Source: Betaproteobacteria bacterium (GTDB lineage Bacteria > Pseudomonadota > Gammaproteobacteria > Burkholderiales > SG8-39). Taken from it: 64,000 nucleotides of DNA. Under the pieces are notes generated by a model that was not told the origin of the DNA, did not search any database, and saw only the letters and a program-made list of their open reading frames with translations. The stretch covers positions 6,761 to 70,760 of the forward strand of contig JBDTRN010000001.1 in assembly GCA_039931715.1 (NCBI GenBank), given 5' to 3'. The position numbers and the translations under genes were made by a program. Below are positions 9,940 to 19,698 of the stretch, in pieces (the stretch's first letter is position 1; each line of letters starts with the position of its first letter).

Positions 9940-11291
9940 TGCGCGAGCCGCGCGAGAAGCTTGCCGTGAACCCCTCCAAACCCGCCGTTCGACATCACCA
10001 CCACCTGGTCGCCGGGCTGCGCCTGCGCGATCACCGCTTCGACCAGCGAATCGAGATCCTCGAAGCAGGCTGCCTTCGCGCCCGCGGGCGCGAAAACCTC
10101 GCGTGCGTCCCATCCCAGGTCCGCGGCAAACACGAACACGCGATCGGCCTGGGCGACGCTGCCCGGCAGGGCCGCCTTCATGACGCCCTGCTTCATGGTG
10201 TTGGAGCGCGGCTCGAGCACTGCGAGGATCCGGGCGCTGCCCACTTTGCGGCGCAACCCTTCCAAAGTCATCCGGATGGCAGTGGGGTGATGGGCGAAGT
10301 CGTCGTACACGGCCACTTCGCCCACCACGCCGCGCAGTTCCATGCGCCGCTTCACGCCGCGGAATTCCGCCAGGGAAGCGATCGCGCGCGCCGGCTCGAC
10401 GCCGGCGTGGGCGGCCGCGGCGATCGCCGCAAGGCCATTCATCCGGCTGTGTTCACCCTGCATGGTCCACTGCACCGTACCCAGCGCGACTGTTGCACGC
10501 GTGACCTTGAAGCGCCCGTCTTGGTCAGCGGGCTCTGCATTCCAGTCTTCGTCCGCACCGAAATACTCGATCGGCGTCCAGACCCCTTTCTTGAGGACGC
10601 GCCGCAGGGCGTCGTCCCGCGCATTGACAATGAGGCGTCCCGAACTGCGTATTGTCCGCACGAAATGATGAAATTGCCGCTCGATCGCTGCGAGATCGTT
10701 GAAAATGTCGGCATGATCGAACTCAAGGTTGTTCAGGACTGCGGTCGTGGCACGGTAATGAAGGAACTTCGATCGCTTGTCGAAAAACGCCGTGTCGTAC
10801 TCGTCGGCCTCTATGACGAAAAGGGGCGCCGCGGTAAGCCGCGCCGAAACGTCAAAATCCAGAGGCACGCCGCCGATGAGGAAGCCGGGATTCAGACCCG
10901 CGTGTTCGAGGATCCACGCCAGCATGGACGAGGTGGTGGTCTTGCCATGCGTGCCGGCGACCGCGAGCACGTGCTTGCCCGGCAAAAGATGCTCGCCCAG
11001 CCATTGCGGGCCGGACGTGTAGGCGTCGCCCCGGTCGAGTATGGCTTCCATGAGCGGGTTGCCCCGCGACACCACATTGCCCACCACCCACACGTCGGGT
11101 CGCAGCGCGATCTGGTCGGCCGAGTAGCCTTCCACGATGTCTATTCCCAGCCGCCGGAGCTGGTCGCTCATCGGGGGATACACCCCGGTATCGCACCCGG
11201 TGACGCGAAACCCGGCGGCACGGGCGAGGGCGGCGAGGCCACCCATGAAGGTGCCGCAAATGCCGAGGATATGGAGGTGTTGGGCGGGCAT
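9936..11291 (-). CDS. mpl: UDP-N-acetylmuramate:L-alanyl-gamma-D-glutamyl-meso-diaminopimelate ligase
   Basis: Starts MPAQHLHILGICGTFMGGLA and has the Mur-ligase P-loop GTHGKTTT. Start set at ATG 11291; the 64-aa track extension is Arg/Cys-rich junk. Confidence 0.92.
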   Translation of the reverse strand: MPAQHLHILGICGTFMGGLAALARAAGFRVTGCDTGVYPPMSDQLRRLGIDIVEGYSADQIALRPDVWVVGNVVSRGNPLMEAILDRGDAYTSGPQWLGEHLLPGKHVLAVAGTHGKTTTSSMLAWILEHAGLNPGFLIGGVPLDFDVSARLTAAPLFVIEADEYDTAFFDKRSKFLHYRATTAVLNNLEFDHADIFNDLAAIERQFHHFVRTIRSSGRLIVNARDDALRRVLKKGVWTPIEYFGADEDWNAEPADQDGRFKVTRATVALGTVQWTMQGEHSRMNGLAAIAAAAHAGVEPARAIASLAEFRGVKRRMELRGVVGEVAVYDDFAHHPTAIRMTLEGLRRKVGSARILAVLEPRSNTMKQGVMKAALPGSVAQADRVFVFAADLGWDAREVFAPAGAKAACFEDLDSLVEAVIAQAQPGDQVVVMSNGGFGGVHGKLLARLAQ

Positions 11292-11422
11292 CCGCTGGAG
11301 GGGCGGCGTAAAAGCGGCGATTGTATTCGATTTGGCTTGGCCGCCCGGCGCAGGGCGTATGATTTGCCGCTGTTTTCGCCACTGTTTACCGACACTGCCG
11401 GACCCACCTTCGGACTTCCCCG

Positions 11423-12043
11423 ATGAGCCGCAACCGCACCAGACAGAATGGCATGCGCGACGCCATTGCCGCCGCGGCCGCACGCATCATGGCCGAAGGC
11501 GGAGTCGACAATTTCGCCCTCGCCAAGCGCAAGGCGGCGCGCCAGCTGGGTGCCACCGACAAGCAGGCGCTGCCCGGCAACGAAGAGGTCGAAGCCGCGC
11601 TGCGCGCGTATTTTGAGCTGTACCAGGCCGACGAGCACCCGGATCGGATACAGCACCTGCGCCGGGTTGCGTTATCGATGATGCGCGAGCTGGAGGAGTT
11701 TTCCCCCTACCTCACCGGCCCGGTGCTCAAAGGGATCGCCGGGCCGTATGCGGACATCGAGCTGCAGCTCTTCCCGGACAGCTGCAAGGATGTCGAGATC
11801 TTCCTTCTCAATCGCAGCATTCCTTTTTCCTCGTCCGAGGCACGCCGTTATTCCGGCGACCGGGCGCGCGAAGTGACGGTGCTCGAGCTTGAGTGGGAAG
11901 GCGCCACTGTAAAGCTGTCCATCTACGATGCGCGCGATGAGCGCATCGCCCTGAAAACGACCCAGGTGGGGCGGGTGATGGACCGCGCCGGCATCCCCGA
12001 GGTCAGCGCCATGTTGGAGGTCAAGCGTGCCGAGCCGGCGTGA
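11423..12043 (+). CDS. conserved hypothetical protein; possible Pol-beta-type nucleotidyltransferase fold
   Basis: 206 aa with non-random composition. N-terminal helical segment, then G-x(n)-G..ADIEL, which resembles the NTase G[SG]..D.[DE] motif. Overlaps the next gene by 17 nt (operonic). Confidence 0.6.
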   Translation: MSRNRTRQNGMRDAIAAAAARIMAEGGVDNFALAKRKAARQLGATDKQALPGNEEVEAALRAYFELYQADEHPDRIQHLRRVALSMMRELEEFSPYLTGPVLKGIAGPYADIELQLFPDSCKDVEIFLLNRSIPFSSSEARRYSGDRAREVTVLELEWEGATVKLSIYDARDERIALKTTQVGRVMDRAGIPEVSAMLEVKRAEPA

Positions 12044-12545
12044 TGCGCTCGCCGTGCTGGGCGTCGGGGGGCTCGCTGCGCTCGCCGGGTGGGGGGTTTC
12101 GGCGTGGCACGCCCCTGCCGACGCCGAACCGTTGCGCAGTGCGCGCTTCGCCGATCTCGGCGGCGTGTCACGCAGCCTCCACGACTGGAGTGATCGCGTG
12201 CTGGTCGTCAATTTCTGGGGCACCTGGTGCCCGCCTTGCCGTGAGGAAATTCCAGCGCTGGTAGCGGCGCGCGCAAAACTGCTTCCGTCGGGGGTGGAAT
12301 TTGTCGGGATTGCCATCGATCAGGCGGTGAAAGTGGCGCAATTTGTGCGTAACGTGCCGATCAGCTACCCTATCCTCATCGCCGACCCCAACGCGCTCAG
12401 CCTGGTGCGCGAGCTGGGGAATCCGAGTGGAGCCCTTCCGTTTACGGTGGTGCTCGATCGGAAGGGACGCGTGACCCATCGCAACCTTGGGGCCGTCACC
12501 CAGCAGAAAATCGAACGCCAGGCGCTCGAAGCGCTTCAGGCCTGA
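12027..12545 (+). CDS. TlpA/redoxin-family thiol:disulfide oxidoreductase
   Basis: Signal/TM N-terminus and a thioredoxin-fold active site (VNFWGTWCPPCREEIP). Confidence 0.88.
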   Translation: MPSRRDALAVLGVGGLAALAGWGVSAWHAPADAEPLRSARFADLGGVSRSLHDWSDRVLVVNFWGTWCPPCREEIPALVAARAKLLPSGVEFVGIAIDQAVKVAQFVRNVPISYPILIADPNALSLVRELGNPSGALPFTVVLDRKGRVTHRNLGAVTQQKIERQALEALQA

Positions 12546-12584
12546 CGACCTCGACGGCAAACAACGACACCAAAATCCGGTAAA

Positions 12585-13073
12585 ATGGTACGAACTGCGG
12601 GTAAAAGCATGAAAAAGCCGGATTCCAGACCAGATGCCCCGATTTGGGTTATTCACGGCCCGAACCTCAACTTACTCGGCCGGCGTGAGCCCGAAATCTA
12701 CGGCGGCGAATCGCTCGAGGATATCGATCGCCGCCTAACGGACGCCGCACGCCAGGCGCAGGTGGAAGTTGCTTGCTTCCAGAGCAACCACGAAGGCGAG
12801 ATTGTCGATCGCATCCAGGCGGCAGGCCGGGAGGGCGTGGGCTTTATAGTCATCAATCCGGCCGCGTACACCCATACAAGCGTGGCCATCCGCGACGCTT
12901 TGTCCGCAGTCAGGATTCCGTTCATCGAAGTGCACCTTTCGAATATCCATGCCCGCGAAGAGTTCCGGCACCGCTCGTACCTGTCGGACATCGCAGTGGG
13001 CACCATCTGCGGGCTCGGCAGTCGCGGTTACGACCTCGCACTCGCCTACGCGTTGCTGCGCGGCCAGGAGTAA
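12585..13073 (+). CDS. aroQ: type II 3-dehydroquinate dehydratase
   Basis: [33 protein letters not shown] and [11 protein letters not shown] motifs. An alternative start is ATG 12609. Confidence 0.93.
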   Translation: MVRTAGKSMKKPDSRPDAPIWVIHGPNLNLLGRREPEIYGGESLEDIDRRLTDAARQAQVEVACFQSNHEGEIVDRIQAAGREGVGFIVINPAAYTHTSVAIRDALSAVRIPFIEVHLSNIHAREEFRHRSYLSDIAVGTICGLGSRGYDLALAYALLRGQE

Positions 13074-13077
13074 CGAC

Positions 13078-13527
13078 ATGGACCTCAGGAAACTCAAGAA
13101 GCTCATTGACCTCGTCGAAGAGTCCGGCATCGCCGAACTGGAGATCACGGAAGGCGAGGAGAAGGTCAGGATCGTGAAGAGCGCGGGCGTCGCTGCGGCG
13201 GCGGCCCCCGCTCCTGCCGCTCCGCAGCCCATGGCACCCCCACCACCGGCACCAGCGGCGCTCGCCGTGGACCAGCCCGACGCCCCGCCCGCCGGCCACC
13301 CGGTCAAGTCACCGATGGTGGGCACCTTCTATCGGACCCCTTCGCCCGACGCGAAGCCGTTCGTCGAAGTCGGCCAGAGCGTCAAGGAAGGCCAGATCAT
13401 CTGCATCATCGAGGCGATGAAGCTCATGAACGAGATCGAGTGCGACAAGTCCGGCACCGTGAAGGCGATCATGGTCGAGAACGGCCAGCCGGTGGAGTAC
13501 GGCCAGCCGCTGTTCATCATCGCCTGA
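13078..13527 (+). CDS. accB: acetyl-CoA carboxylase biotin carboxyl carrier protein
   Basis: Starts [18 protein letters not shown], has an Ala/Pro linker and a biotinylation motif (EAMKLMNEI). Start re-placed at ATG 13078. Confidence 0.95.
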   Translation: MDLRKLKKLIDLVEESGIAELEITEGEEKVRIVKSAGVAAAAAPAPAAPQPMAPPPPAPAALAVDQPDAPPAGHPVKSPMVGTFYRTPSPDAKPFVEVGQSVKEGQIICIIEAMKLMNEIECDKSGTVKAIMVENGQPVEYGQPLFIIA

Positions 13528-14894
13528 TGCCCACGTTCGGGAAGATCCTCATCGCCAACCGGGGCGAAATCGCCCTTCGGATACAGCGCGCATGCCGCGA
13601 GCTCGGGATCCGCACGGTGGTCGTGCACTCGGAAGCCGATACCGAAGCCAAGTACGTCAAGCTCGCGGACGAATCAGTCTGCATTGGCCCGGCGCCCGCG
13701 GCACAGAGCTACCTGAACATCCCGGCGATCATTAGCGCTGCGGAGGTCACGGATGCCGAGGCCATCCACCCCGGTTACGGTTTCCTGTCGGAAAACGCCG
13801 ATTTCGCCGACAAAGTGGAGAAATCCGGCTTCGTGTTCATCGGCCCGTATCCCGACAACATCCGCCTGATGGGCGACAAGGTGAGTGCCAAGGCCGCCAT
13901 GCTCAAGGCGGGGGTACCGTGTGTGCCGGGCTCGGAAGGGGCATTGCCCGATACGCCCGCCGAAATCGTCAAGATCGCCCGCAAGGTCGGCTACCCGGTG
14001 ATCATCAAGGCCTCGGGAGGCGGCGGCGGGCGCGGCATGCGCGTCGTGCACACCGAGGCGGCCCTGCTGAACGCGGTCGGCCTGACCAAGCAGGAGGCCC
14101 AGGCGGCATTCTCCAATCCCACGGTGTACATGGAGAAATTCCTCGAGAACCCGCGCCATATCGAGATCCAGGTGCTCGCCGACGAGCACAAGAACGCAGT
14201 GTTCCTCGGCGAGCGCGACTGCTCGATGCAGCGCCGCCACCAGAAAGTCATCGAGGAAGCGCCGGCCCCGGATCTGTCCACGCGGGTGCGCGACCGAATG
14301 GGCGAGCGTTGCGTGGAGGCCTGCAAGAAGATCGGCTACCGCGGCGCGGGCACGTTCGAGTTCCTTTACGAGAATGGCGAGTTCTTCTTCATCGAGATGA
14401 ACACCCGCGTGCAGGTCGAGCACCCGGTCACCGAAATGATCACGGGCATCGACATCGTGCAGGCGCAGATCCGCATCGCAGCAGGAGAAAAGCTTCCCTT
14501 CCGCCAGCGCGACATCCAGTTTCGCGGCCACGCGCTGGAATGCCGCATCAACGCCGAGGACCCGTACAAGTTCACGCCGTCGCCCGGCAAGATCACCTCT
14601 TACCATCCGCCCGGCGGGCCCGGTATCCGCGTCGACTCACATGTGTACCAGGGCTATACGGTCCCGCCCAACTACGATTCGATGGTGGGCAAGGTGATCT
14701 CCTACGGGGCCACCCGGGACCAGGCGATCCGGCGCATGCGCATTGCACTGTCTGAAATGGTGGTGGAAGGCATCCAGACCAACATTCCCCTGCACCAGGA
14801 CCTGCTGATCGACAAGGGCTTCATCAAGGGTGGCACGTCGATCCACTACCTCGAGCAAAAGCTCGCGCAGGAAAAAAAGAAGGTCCTGAAGTAA
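13527..14894 (+). CDS. accC: acetyl-CoA carboxylase biotin carboxylase subunit
   Basis: [14 protein letters not shown] followed by an ATP-grasp core. ATG 13527 overlaps the accB stop (TGATG). Confidence 0.96.
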   Translation: MPTFGKILIANRGEIALRIQRACRELGIRTVVVHSEADTEAKYVKLADESVCIGPAPAAQSYLNIPAIISAAEVTDAEAIHPGYGFLSENADFADKVEKSGFVFIGPYPDNIRLMGDKVSAKAAMLKAGVPCVPGSEGALPDTPAEIVKIARKVGYPVIIKASGGGGGRGMRVVHTEAALLNAVGLTKQEAQAAFSNPTVYMEKFLENPRHIEIQVLADEHKNAVFLGERDCSMQRRHQKVIEEAPAPDLSTRVRDRMGERCVEACKKIGYRGAGTFEFLYENGEFFFIEMNTRVQVEHPVTEMITGIDIVQAQIRIAAGEKLPFRQRDIQFRGHALECRINAEDPYKFTPSPGKITSYHPPGGPGIRVDSHVYQGYTVPPNYDSMVGKVISYGATRDQAIRRMRIALSEMVVEGIQTNIPLHQDLLIDKGFIKGGTSIHYLEQKLAQEKKKVLK

Positions 14895-14904
14895 GCGTCG
14901 CCGC

Positions 14905-15786
14905 ATGGCGTGGCTCTCGATCAGCCTGGATGCCGACGCCGACAGCGCAGACGCCATGGCGGACGCGCTGATCGAGGCGGGCGCTTTGTCGGTAAGTTGC
15001 GACGACGCCGAAGCGGGCACGTCCGGCGAGTCGGCGCAGTTCGCCGAACCGGGCATGGCCCCGCCGCAGGCTTGGCGGCGCAACCGGCTGACAGCGCTGC
15101 TGCCTGCCGGCGCTGATGCGGGCGACATCGTTGCGCAAGCGGCGCGCGAGTGCAGCCTCGCACCCCCCGCATTCCAGACTGCGGTGGTCGAGGACGAGGA
15201 CTGGGTGAGGCGCACCCAGCGCCAGTTCGAGCCGATTCACATTACCGATGGCCTGTGGATCGTCCCGGGGTGGTGCGAGCCGCCCGAGCCCCAGGCGGTG
15301 AACATCGCCATCGACCCGGGTCTCGCCTTCGGCACCGGCAGCCATCCCACCACCCGCCTGGTGCTGCGCTGGCTCACCCGCACGTTGCGTGGCGGCGAAT
15401 CGGTCCTCGACTACGGCTGCGGGTCGGGCATCCTCGCCATCGCCGCCGCCCGCCTCGGTGCAGGCCCGGTGGCCGGCGTGGACGTCGATGCCCAAGCCGT
15501 GCTCGCCGCGCAGGAAAATGCGGCCAAGAATCGGGTCGCGGCCCGCTTCTGCGGACCCGACGAATTCGCCGGCGGGCCGGCCCAAATCGTGGTGGCCAAT
15601 ATCCTCGCCAACCCGCTCATTGTCCTCGCCCCCCTCATCACCGCGCTGTGCTCGTCCCGGCTGGCGCTGTCAGGCATCCTCGAGGATCAGGCGCCCGACG
15701 TCGTCGCCGCCTATCGCGCCCATTTCCGGCTGGAAGTTGCCGACCGCGACGACGGCTGGGTGCTGCTTGCGGGGGAACGCCTGTGA
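14905..15786 (+). CDS. prmA: ribosomal protein L11 methyltransferase
   Basis: 293 aa. SAM-binding motif (VLDYGCGSGILAI) with PrmA N-domain features. Confidence 0.92.
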   Translation: MAWLSISLDADADSADAMADALIEAGALSVSCDDAEAGTSGESAQFAEPGMAPPQAWRRNRLTALLPAGADAGDIVAQAARECSLAPPAFQTAVVEDEDWVRRTQRQFEPIHITDGLWIVPGWCEPPEPQAVNIAIDPGLAFGTGSHPTTRLVLRWLTRTLRGGESVLDYGCGSGILAIAAARLGAGPVAGVDVDAQAVLAAQENAAKNRVAARFCGPDEFAGGPAQIVVANILANPLIVLAPLITALCSSRLALSGILEDQAPDVVAAYRAHFRLEVADRDDGWVLLAGERL

Positions 15787-16751
15787 GCCTGGTCACGCGT
15801 TGCCCGGCCTGCTCGACCACCTTTCGCGTCGTGCCCGCGCAGCTTTCGGCACGCGGCGGGCGCGTGCGCTGCGGGAAATGCTCGGCCGTGTTCGACGGGG
15901 TGAACAACCTGCTCACCGATGAGGTGGCCGCAGCGGTGCCGCTCGAACCTTCGCCGCAGCTCGGACTGTTCGAAGCGCGCGACACGCGCCCCACCTCGGC
16001 AATGGGCACGGCCCCTGCATCGCCCGCAGCGGATCCCGACGACAGAATCCGCCACGACGAGCAGGAGATCCCGCTCCCTCCGGTCGGGCCGGTTGCGCAG
16101 CCTGCACTGTCCGTTGTACGAACCGAGTCGGCCGAGGCCGGCATCCAGCGCGAGAAAATCGTCATTCCCGCGTTTCTCGAACCCGAACCCCCGCACGCCG
16201 GCTACGCCGTCGCCTGGGGGCTGCTCGCGCTGATCGGGCTCGCCGCGCTGCTGTTGCAGGCGGCGCTGCTGTTCCGCACTGAGATCGCCGTGCTGCTGCC
16301 GCAGGCGCGCGCGCACCTGGTCGCCGCGTGCGACATGCTCGGCTGTGACATGCGGCTGCCCAAGCGGGTGGAGTTGCTGAGCATCGAGTCGTCCGACCTG
16401 CAAGCCGACAGCCAGCGGCCGGGCGGCATCGTGCTGAATGCGCTGCTGCGCAACCGAGCGCCGTTCGCGCTCGAATACCCCGACCTCGAACTTACCCTGA
16501 CCGACGCGAAGGAACAGGCCGTGATCCGGCGCGTGCTCAAGCCCGGCGACTACCTGCAGGACAAGCGCGACGCAATCGCGGCCGGGATGGGGGGCGGCAC
16601 CGAGGAATCGGTCCGCATGTTCCTCGACACCGGCGGCCTTCTCGCCACCGGGTACCAGTTGTTCCTTTTCTACCCCTGCCCGCCGCTGCCTGCCTTGGCG
16701 TACTGGCAATTGAGCTATCCTTCGCGCTGCCAGAATCCCGGCCCAAAATAA
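15783..16751 (+). CDS. zinc-ribbon (MJ0042-type) plus DUF3426-like membrane protein
   Basis: CPAC..(n)..CGKC zinc ribbon at the N-terminus, one TM helix, then a conserved C-terminal domain. GTG 15783 overlaps the prmA stop (GTGA). The position after prmA is a common conserved arrangement. Confidence 0.8.
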   Translation: MSLVTRCPACSTTFRVVPAQLSARGGRVRCGKCSAVFDGVNNLLTDEVAAAVPLEPSPQLGLFEARDTRPTSAMGTAPASPAADPDDRIRHDEQEIPLPPVGPVAQPALSVVRTESAEAGIQREKIVIPAFLEPEPPHAGYAVAWGLLALIGLAALLLQAALLFRTEIAVLLPQARAHLVAACDMLGCDMRLPKRVELLSIESSDLQADSQRPGGIVLNALLRNRAPFALEYPDLELTLTDAKEQAVIRRVLKPGDYLQDKRDAIAAGMGGGTEESVRMFLDTGGLLATGYQLFLFYPCPPLPALAYWQLSYPSRCQNPGPK

Positions 16752-16770
16752 GACACACGAAAGGCTTCTC

Positions 16771-17706
16771 TTGCGCACACTCATCACCGGATCGGTCGCC
16801 TACGACACGATTATGGTTTTCCCGGACCGGTTCAAGAACCACCTCCTGCCCGACCAGTTGCACATCCTCAACGTCTGCTTCCTTACGCCGGAAATGCGGC
16901 GCGAGTTCGGCGGGTGCGCGGCCAACATCGGCTACAACCTCAAGATGCTGGGCGGCGAACCGCTCGTCATGGCCACCGTGGGCGAAGACATCGCCCCCTA
17001 TCTCGAACGGCTCGCCGACATGGGACTTTCGGCGGCGCACCTTCTCAAGGTTCCGGGACAGTTCACCGCGCAGGCATTCATTACGACCGACCTGGACAAC
17101 AACCAGATCATCGCGTTTCACCCAGGGGCGATGAACCATTCGCACCAGAACCGCATCGACACCTCGCTCGGAGCGAAGCTCGCGATCATCGCGCCCGACG
17201 GCAAGGAGGGCATGCTGCAGCATGCTCGCGAATGCGCCGCAGCCGGCATCCCTTTCGTCTTCGACCCCGGTCAGGGCCTGCCCATGTTCGCCGCAGATGA
17301 GCTCGCCGAATTCGTGCGTCTGGCCGACTACGTCGCGGTGAACGATTACGAAGGCAAGATGCTCGAGGACAAGACCGGCACCTCCCTCGAATCCATCGCA
17401 GGTGGCGTCAAAGCAGTGGTCCTCACACTAGGCGCGCAGGGTTCGGTCATCTTTGCCGACGGCAAACGGCATGAAATCCCGGTGGTCAAGCCCGCCGCCA
17501 TCCTCGACCCGACCGGTTGCGGCGATGCCTACCGCGCAGGCCTGCTCTACGGCATTGCGAAAGCCTGGGACTGGCCGAGCACCGGGCGCCTCGGGGCCCT
17601 CATGGGCTCGATCAAGATCGAGCATCGCGGGGCGCAGAACCACCGGTTCGCGCGCGAGGCGATCGTCGAGCGCTTCAAGAAGGAGTTCGGCTACTCGCCT
17701 TGGTAG
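16771..17706 (+). CDS. PfkB-family carbohydrate/nucleoside kinase
   Basis: 311 aa. GG dipeptide motif (GGCAANIGYNL) and the C-terminal DPTGCGDAYRAG signature. TTG start as in the track. Confidence 0.85.
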   Translation: MRTLITGSVAYDTIMVFPDRFKNHLLPDQLHILNVCFLTPEMRREFGGCAANIGYNLKMLGGEPLVMATVGEDIAPYLERLADMGLSAAHLLKVPGQFTAQAFITTDLDNNQIIAFHPGAMNHSHQNRIDTSLGAKLAIIAPDGKEGMLQHARECAAAGIPFVFDPGQGLPMFAADELAEFVRLADYVAVNDYEGKMLEDKTGTSLESIAGGVKAVVLTLGAQGSVIFADGKRHEIPVVKPAAILDPTGCGDAYRAGLLYGIAKAWDWPSTGRLGALMGSIKIEHRGAQNHRFAREAIVERFKKEFGYSPW

Positions 17707-18136
17707 GCTGCGGCACACCGGCGGTCGCGAGCGCGGTGCGCACCTTTTCCGCATAGCCCTGGAGGGCCTCGCGCGACGGATTTTTTGCCGGCCAGGCGAG
17801 GTTCATGCCGTCGCCGGACCAGCGTGGCAACACGTGCATATGGAAGTGAAACACCGATTGCAGGCCTTCCTTGCCGTTGGCCTGGAACAGGTTCATGCCG
17901 GGCGCACCGAAAGCGGCGCGTGAGGCGCGCGCGACGTTCGCCGTGGTGCGAAAAACCGCCGCCGCCTGGGCGTCGTCCAGGCCGAATACATTTTCCACAT
18001 GCGCCCGGGTGGCGACCAGCACATGGCCCGGGTTGACCTGCCCAAGGTCCATGAAGGCCAGCGTGTGCTCGTCTTCGTGGACAATGCTGGCCGGTATCTC
18101 TCCCGCCACGATCCTGCAAAATACGCAATCGCTCAT
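17675..18136 (-). CDS. HIT-family (histidine triad) nucleotide hydrolase/transferase
   Basis: Starts MSDCVFCRIVAGEIPA and has the triad HFHMHVLPR. A strong SD (AAGGAG) lies 7 nt upstream. Confidence 0.92.
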   Translation of the reverse strand: MSDCVFCRIVAGEIPASIVHEDEHTLAFMDLGQVNPGHVLVATRAHVENVFGLDDAQAAAVFRTTANVARASRAAFGAPGMNLFQANGKEGLQSVFHFHMHVLPRWSGDGMNLAWPAKNPSREALQGYAEKVRTALATAGVPQPTKASSRTPS

Positions 18137-18914
18137 GCCGATCTCCTTTCCTTCACGTTGCGCCAGGTGCGCCAGGCTGCTCGCCCATTTCGCCCGGGGG
18201 CTGCTGACCCTGGCGTTTCGCTTCGCAAGCTATTGCCCCGCACGCCGGGAGGAAGCCATCAAGCAGTGGTCGGCGCGCCTGCTGGCGATATTGAACGTCC
18301 GGGTCGAGCACTCGGGTGCGCCGCCCGAGGCGGGAATGATAGTCATGAATCACATCTCGTGGCTGGACGTGATCGTCCTCAATTCGCTCGCGCCCAGCCG
18401 GTTCGTCGCCAAGGCCGAGGTCGCGCGCTGGCCGCTCGTGGGGTACCTGTGCACGATGGGGGGGACGCTGTACATCGAGCGCAATCGCAAGACTGCCGCG
18501 CGGCGCACGAATGAGCTGATTGCGGGTGCGCTCTTGCGCGGCGAACGCGTGGCGGTGTTCCCGGAAGGAACCACCAGTATCGGGGACCGGGTGCTGCGCT
18601 TTCATGCCGCCTTGCTGCAACCGGCGATTGCGGCCACCGGCATCGTCCATCCGGTCAGCGTGCAATATTTCGACTTGCTGCTGCGGCGCTCTGCCGACGT
18701 GAGCTATGTCGACGACGAGACGCTTTTCGATTCTGTGTGGAAGCTGCTCGGCGCGATCTACGTCGTCGCCCGCATCGACTTCGGGGCACCGCATGCGGCG
18801 CACGGCTTGCACCGCAGGGCGCTCGCCGACGGTTTGCATCAGTCGATCAGCCGGGCGCTTCAGGCCGCGACGCCGAACAAGGAACCTGAAACAAGCGACC
18901 GTCTTCAAGCCTGA
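18135..18914 (+). CDS. lysophospholipid (1-acyl-glycerol-3-phosphate-type) acyltransferase
   Basis: HX4D motif (NHISWLD), FVAK.E and FPEGTTS blocks. The only reasonable start is ATG 18135; the track extension is antisense to the HIT gene. Confidence 0.8.
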   Translation: MPISFPSRCARCARLLAHFARGLLTLAFRFASYCPARREEAIKQWSARLLAILNVRVEHSGAPPEAGMIVMNHISWLDVIVLNSLAPSRFVAKAEVARWPLVGYLCTMGGTLYIERNRKTAARRTNELIAGALLRGERVAVFPEGTTSIGDRVLRFHAALLQPAIAATGIVHPVSVQYFDLLLRRSADVSYVDDETLFDSVWKLLGAIYVVARIDFGAPHAAHGLHRRALADGLHQSISRALQAATPNKEPETSDRLQA

Positions 18915-19671
18915 CGGCGCTCAGGGCTCCACCCCACACGCAACCGGTATCGAGCGCGATGAGCCCGGGCTGGATGCGCAGCCCCAGTGCCGACCAGTGC
19001 CCGCAGACGATGGTTACGCCCGCGCTGCGCCGGCCGGGGATGTCGAACCAAGCATCGAATCCCGGCGGCGCCGCCTCCAAGCCGCCCTTGGAGCGAAACT
19101 CCATGCGGCCCTCCGGCGTGCAGAAACGCATGCGCGTCAGCGCATTGACGATGACGCGCGCGCGGCCCTCGCCTTCGAGGCTGTCGTGCCAAGAACTCGG
19201 CTCCCCGCCGTAGAGGTTGGCGAGCAAGACACCATGATCCGGCCCGCGCAGGCGCGCCTCCACCTCGCTGGCCAGCGCCACGGCTCGGAGCACGCTCCAT
19301 TGGGGAAGCAATCCCGCATGGACGAGGACGCGCCCCGCTTCGGCATGCAGCAGGGGTCGTGAGCGCAGCCAGCCGAGCAATTCCTCCCGGTCGGGTGCTT
19401 CGAGGACCTGCTCAAGCGTATCGTCATCGCGCGTGCGCGCCACGCCTTCGGCGACACACAGGAGGTGCAGGTCGTGGTTGCCGAGGACGACGGTGGCGCG
19501 GTCACCGAGCCCCTTGACGAAGCGGAGGATTTCCAACGACCCCGGACCGCGATTCACCAGGTCGCCGACAAACCAGATGCGATCGCCGGCCGGGTCGAAA
19601 GCGCACGCGGCAAGCAGCGCTTCGAGTTCGGCCATGCAGCCCTGCAGGTCGCCAATCGCATAAGTTGCCAT
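18847..19671 (-). CDS. apaH: bis(5'-nucleosyl)-tetraphosphatase (symmetrical)
   Basis: MATYAIGDLQGC, GDLVNRGP and GNHD metallophosphatase motifs. Confidence 0.93.
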   Translation of the reverse strand: MATYAIGDLQGCMAELEALLAACAFDPAGDRIWFVGDLVNRGPGSLEILRFVKGLGDRATVVLGNHDLHLLCVAEGVARTRDDDTLEQVLEAPDREELLGWLRSRPLLHAEAGRVLVHAGLLPQWSVLRAVALASEVEARLRGPDHGVLLANLYGGEPSSWHDSLEGEGRARVIVNALTRMRFCTPEGRMEFRSKGGLEAAPPGFDAWFDIPGRRSAGVTIVCGHWSALGLRIQPGLIALDTGCVWGGALSAVRLEDGRLFQVPCSASRPEAPG

Positions 19672-19698
19672 GACCGGGCCGACTATAGCAAAGCACCC

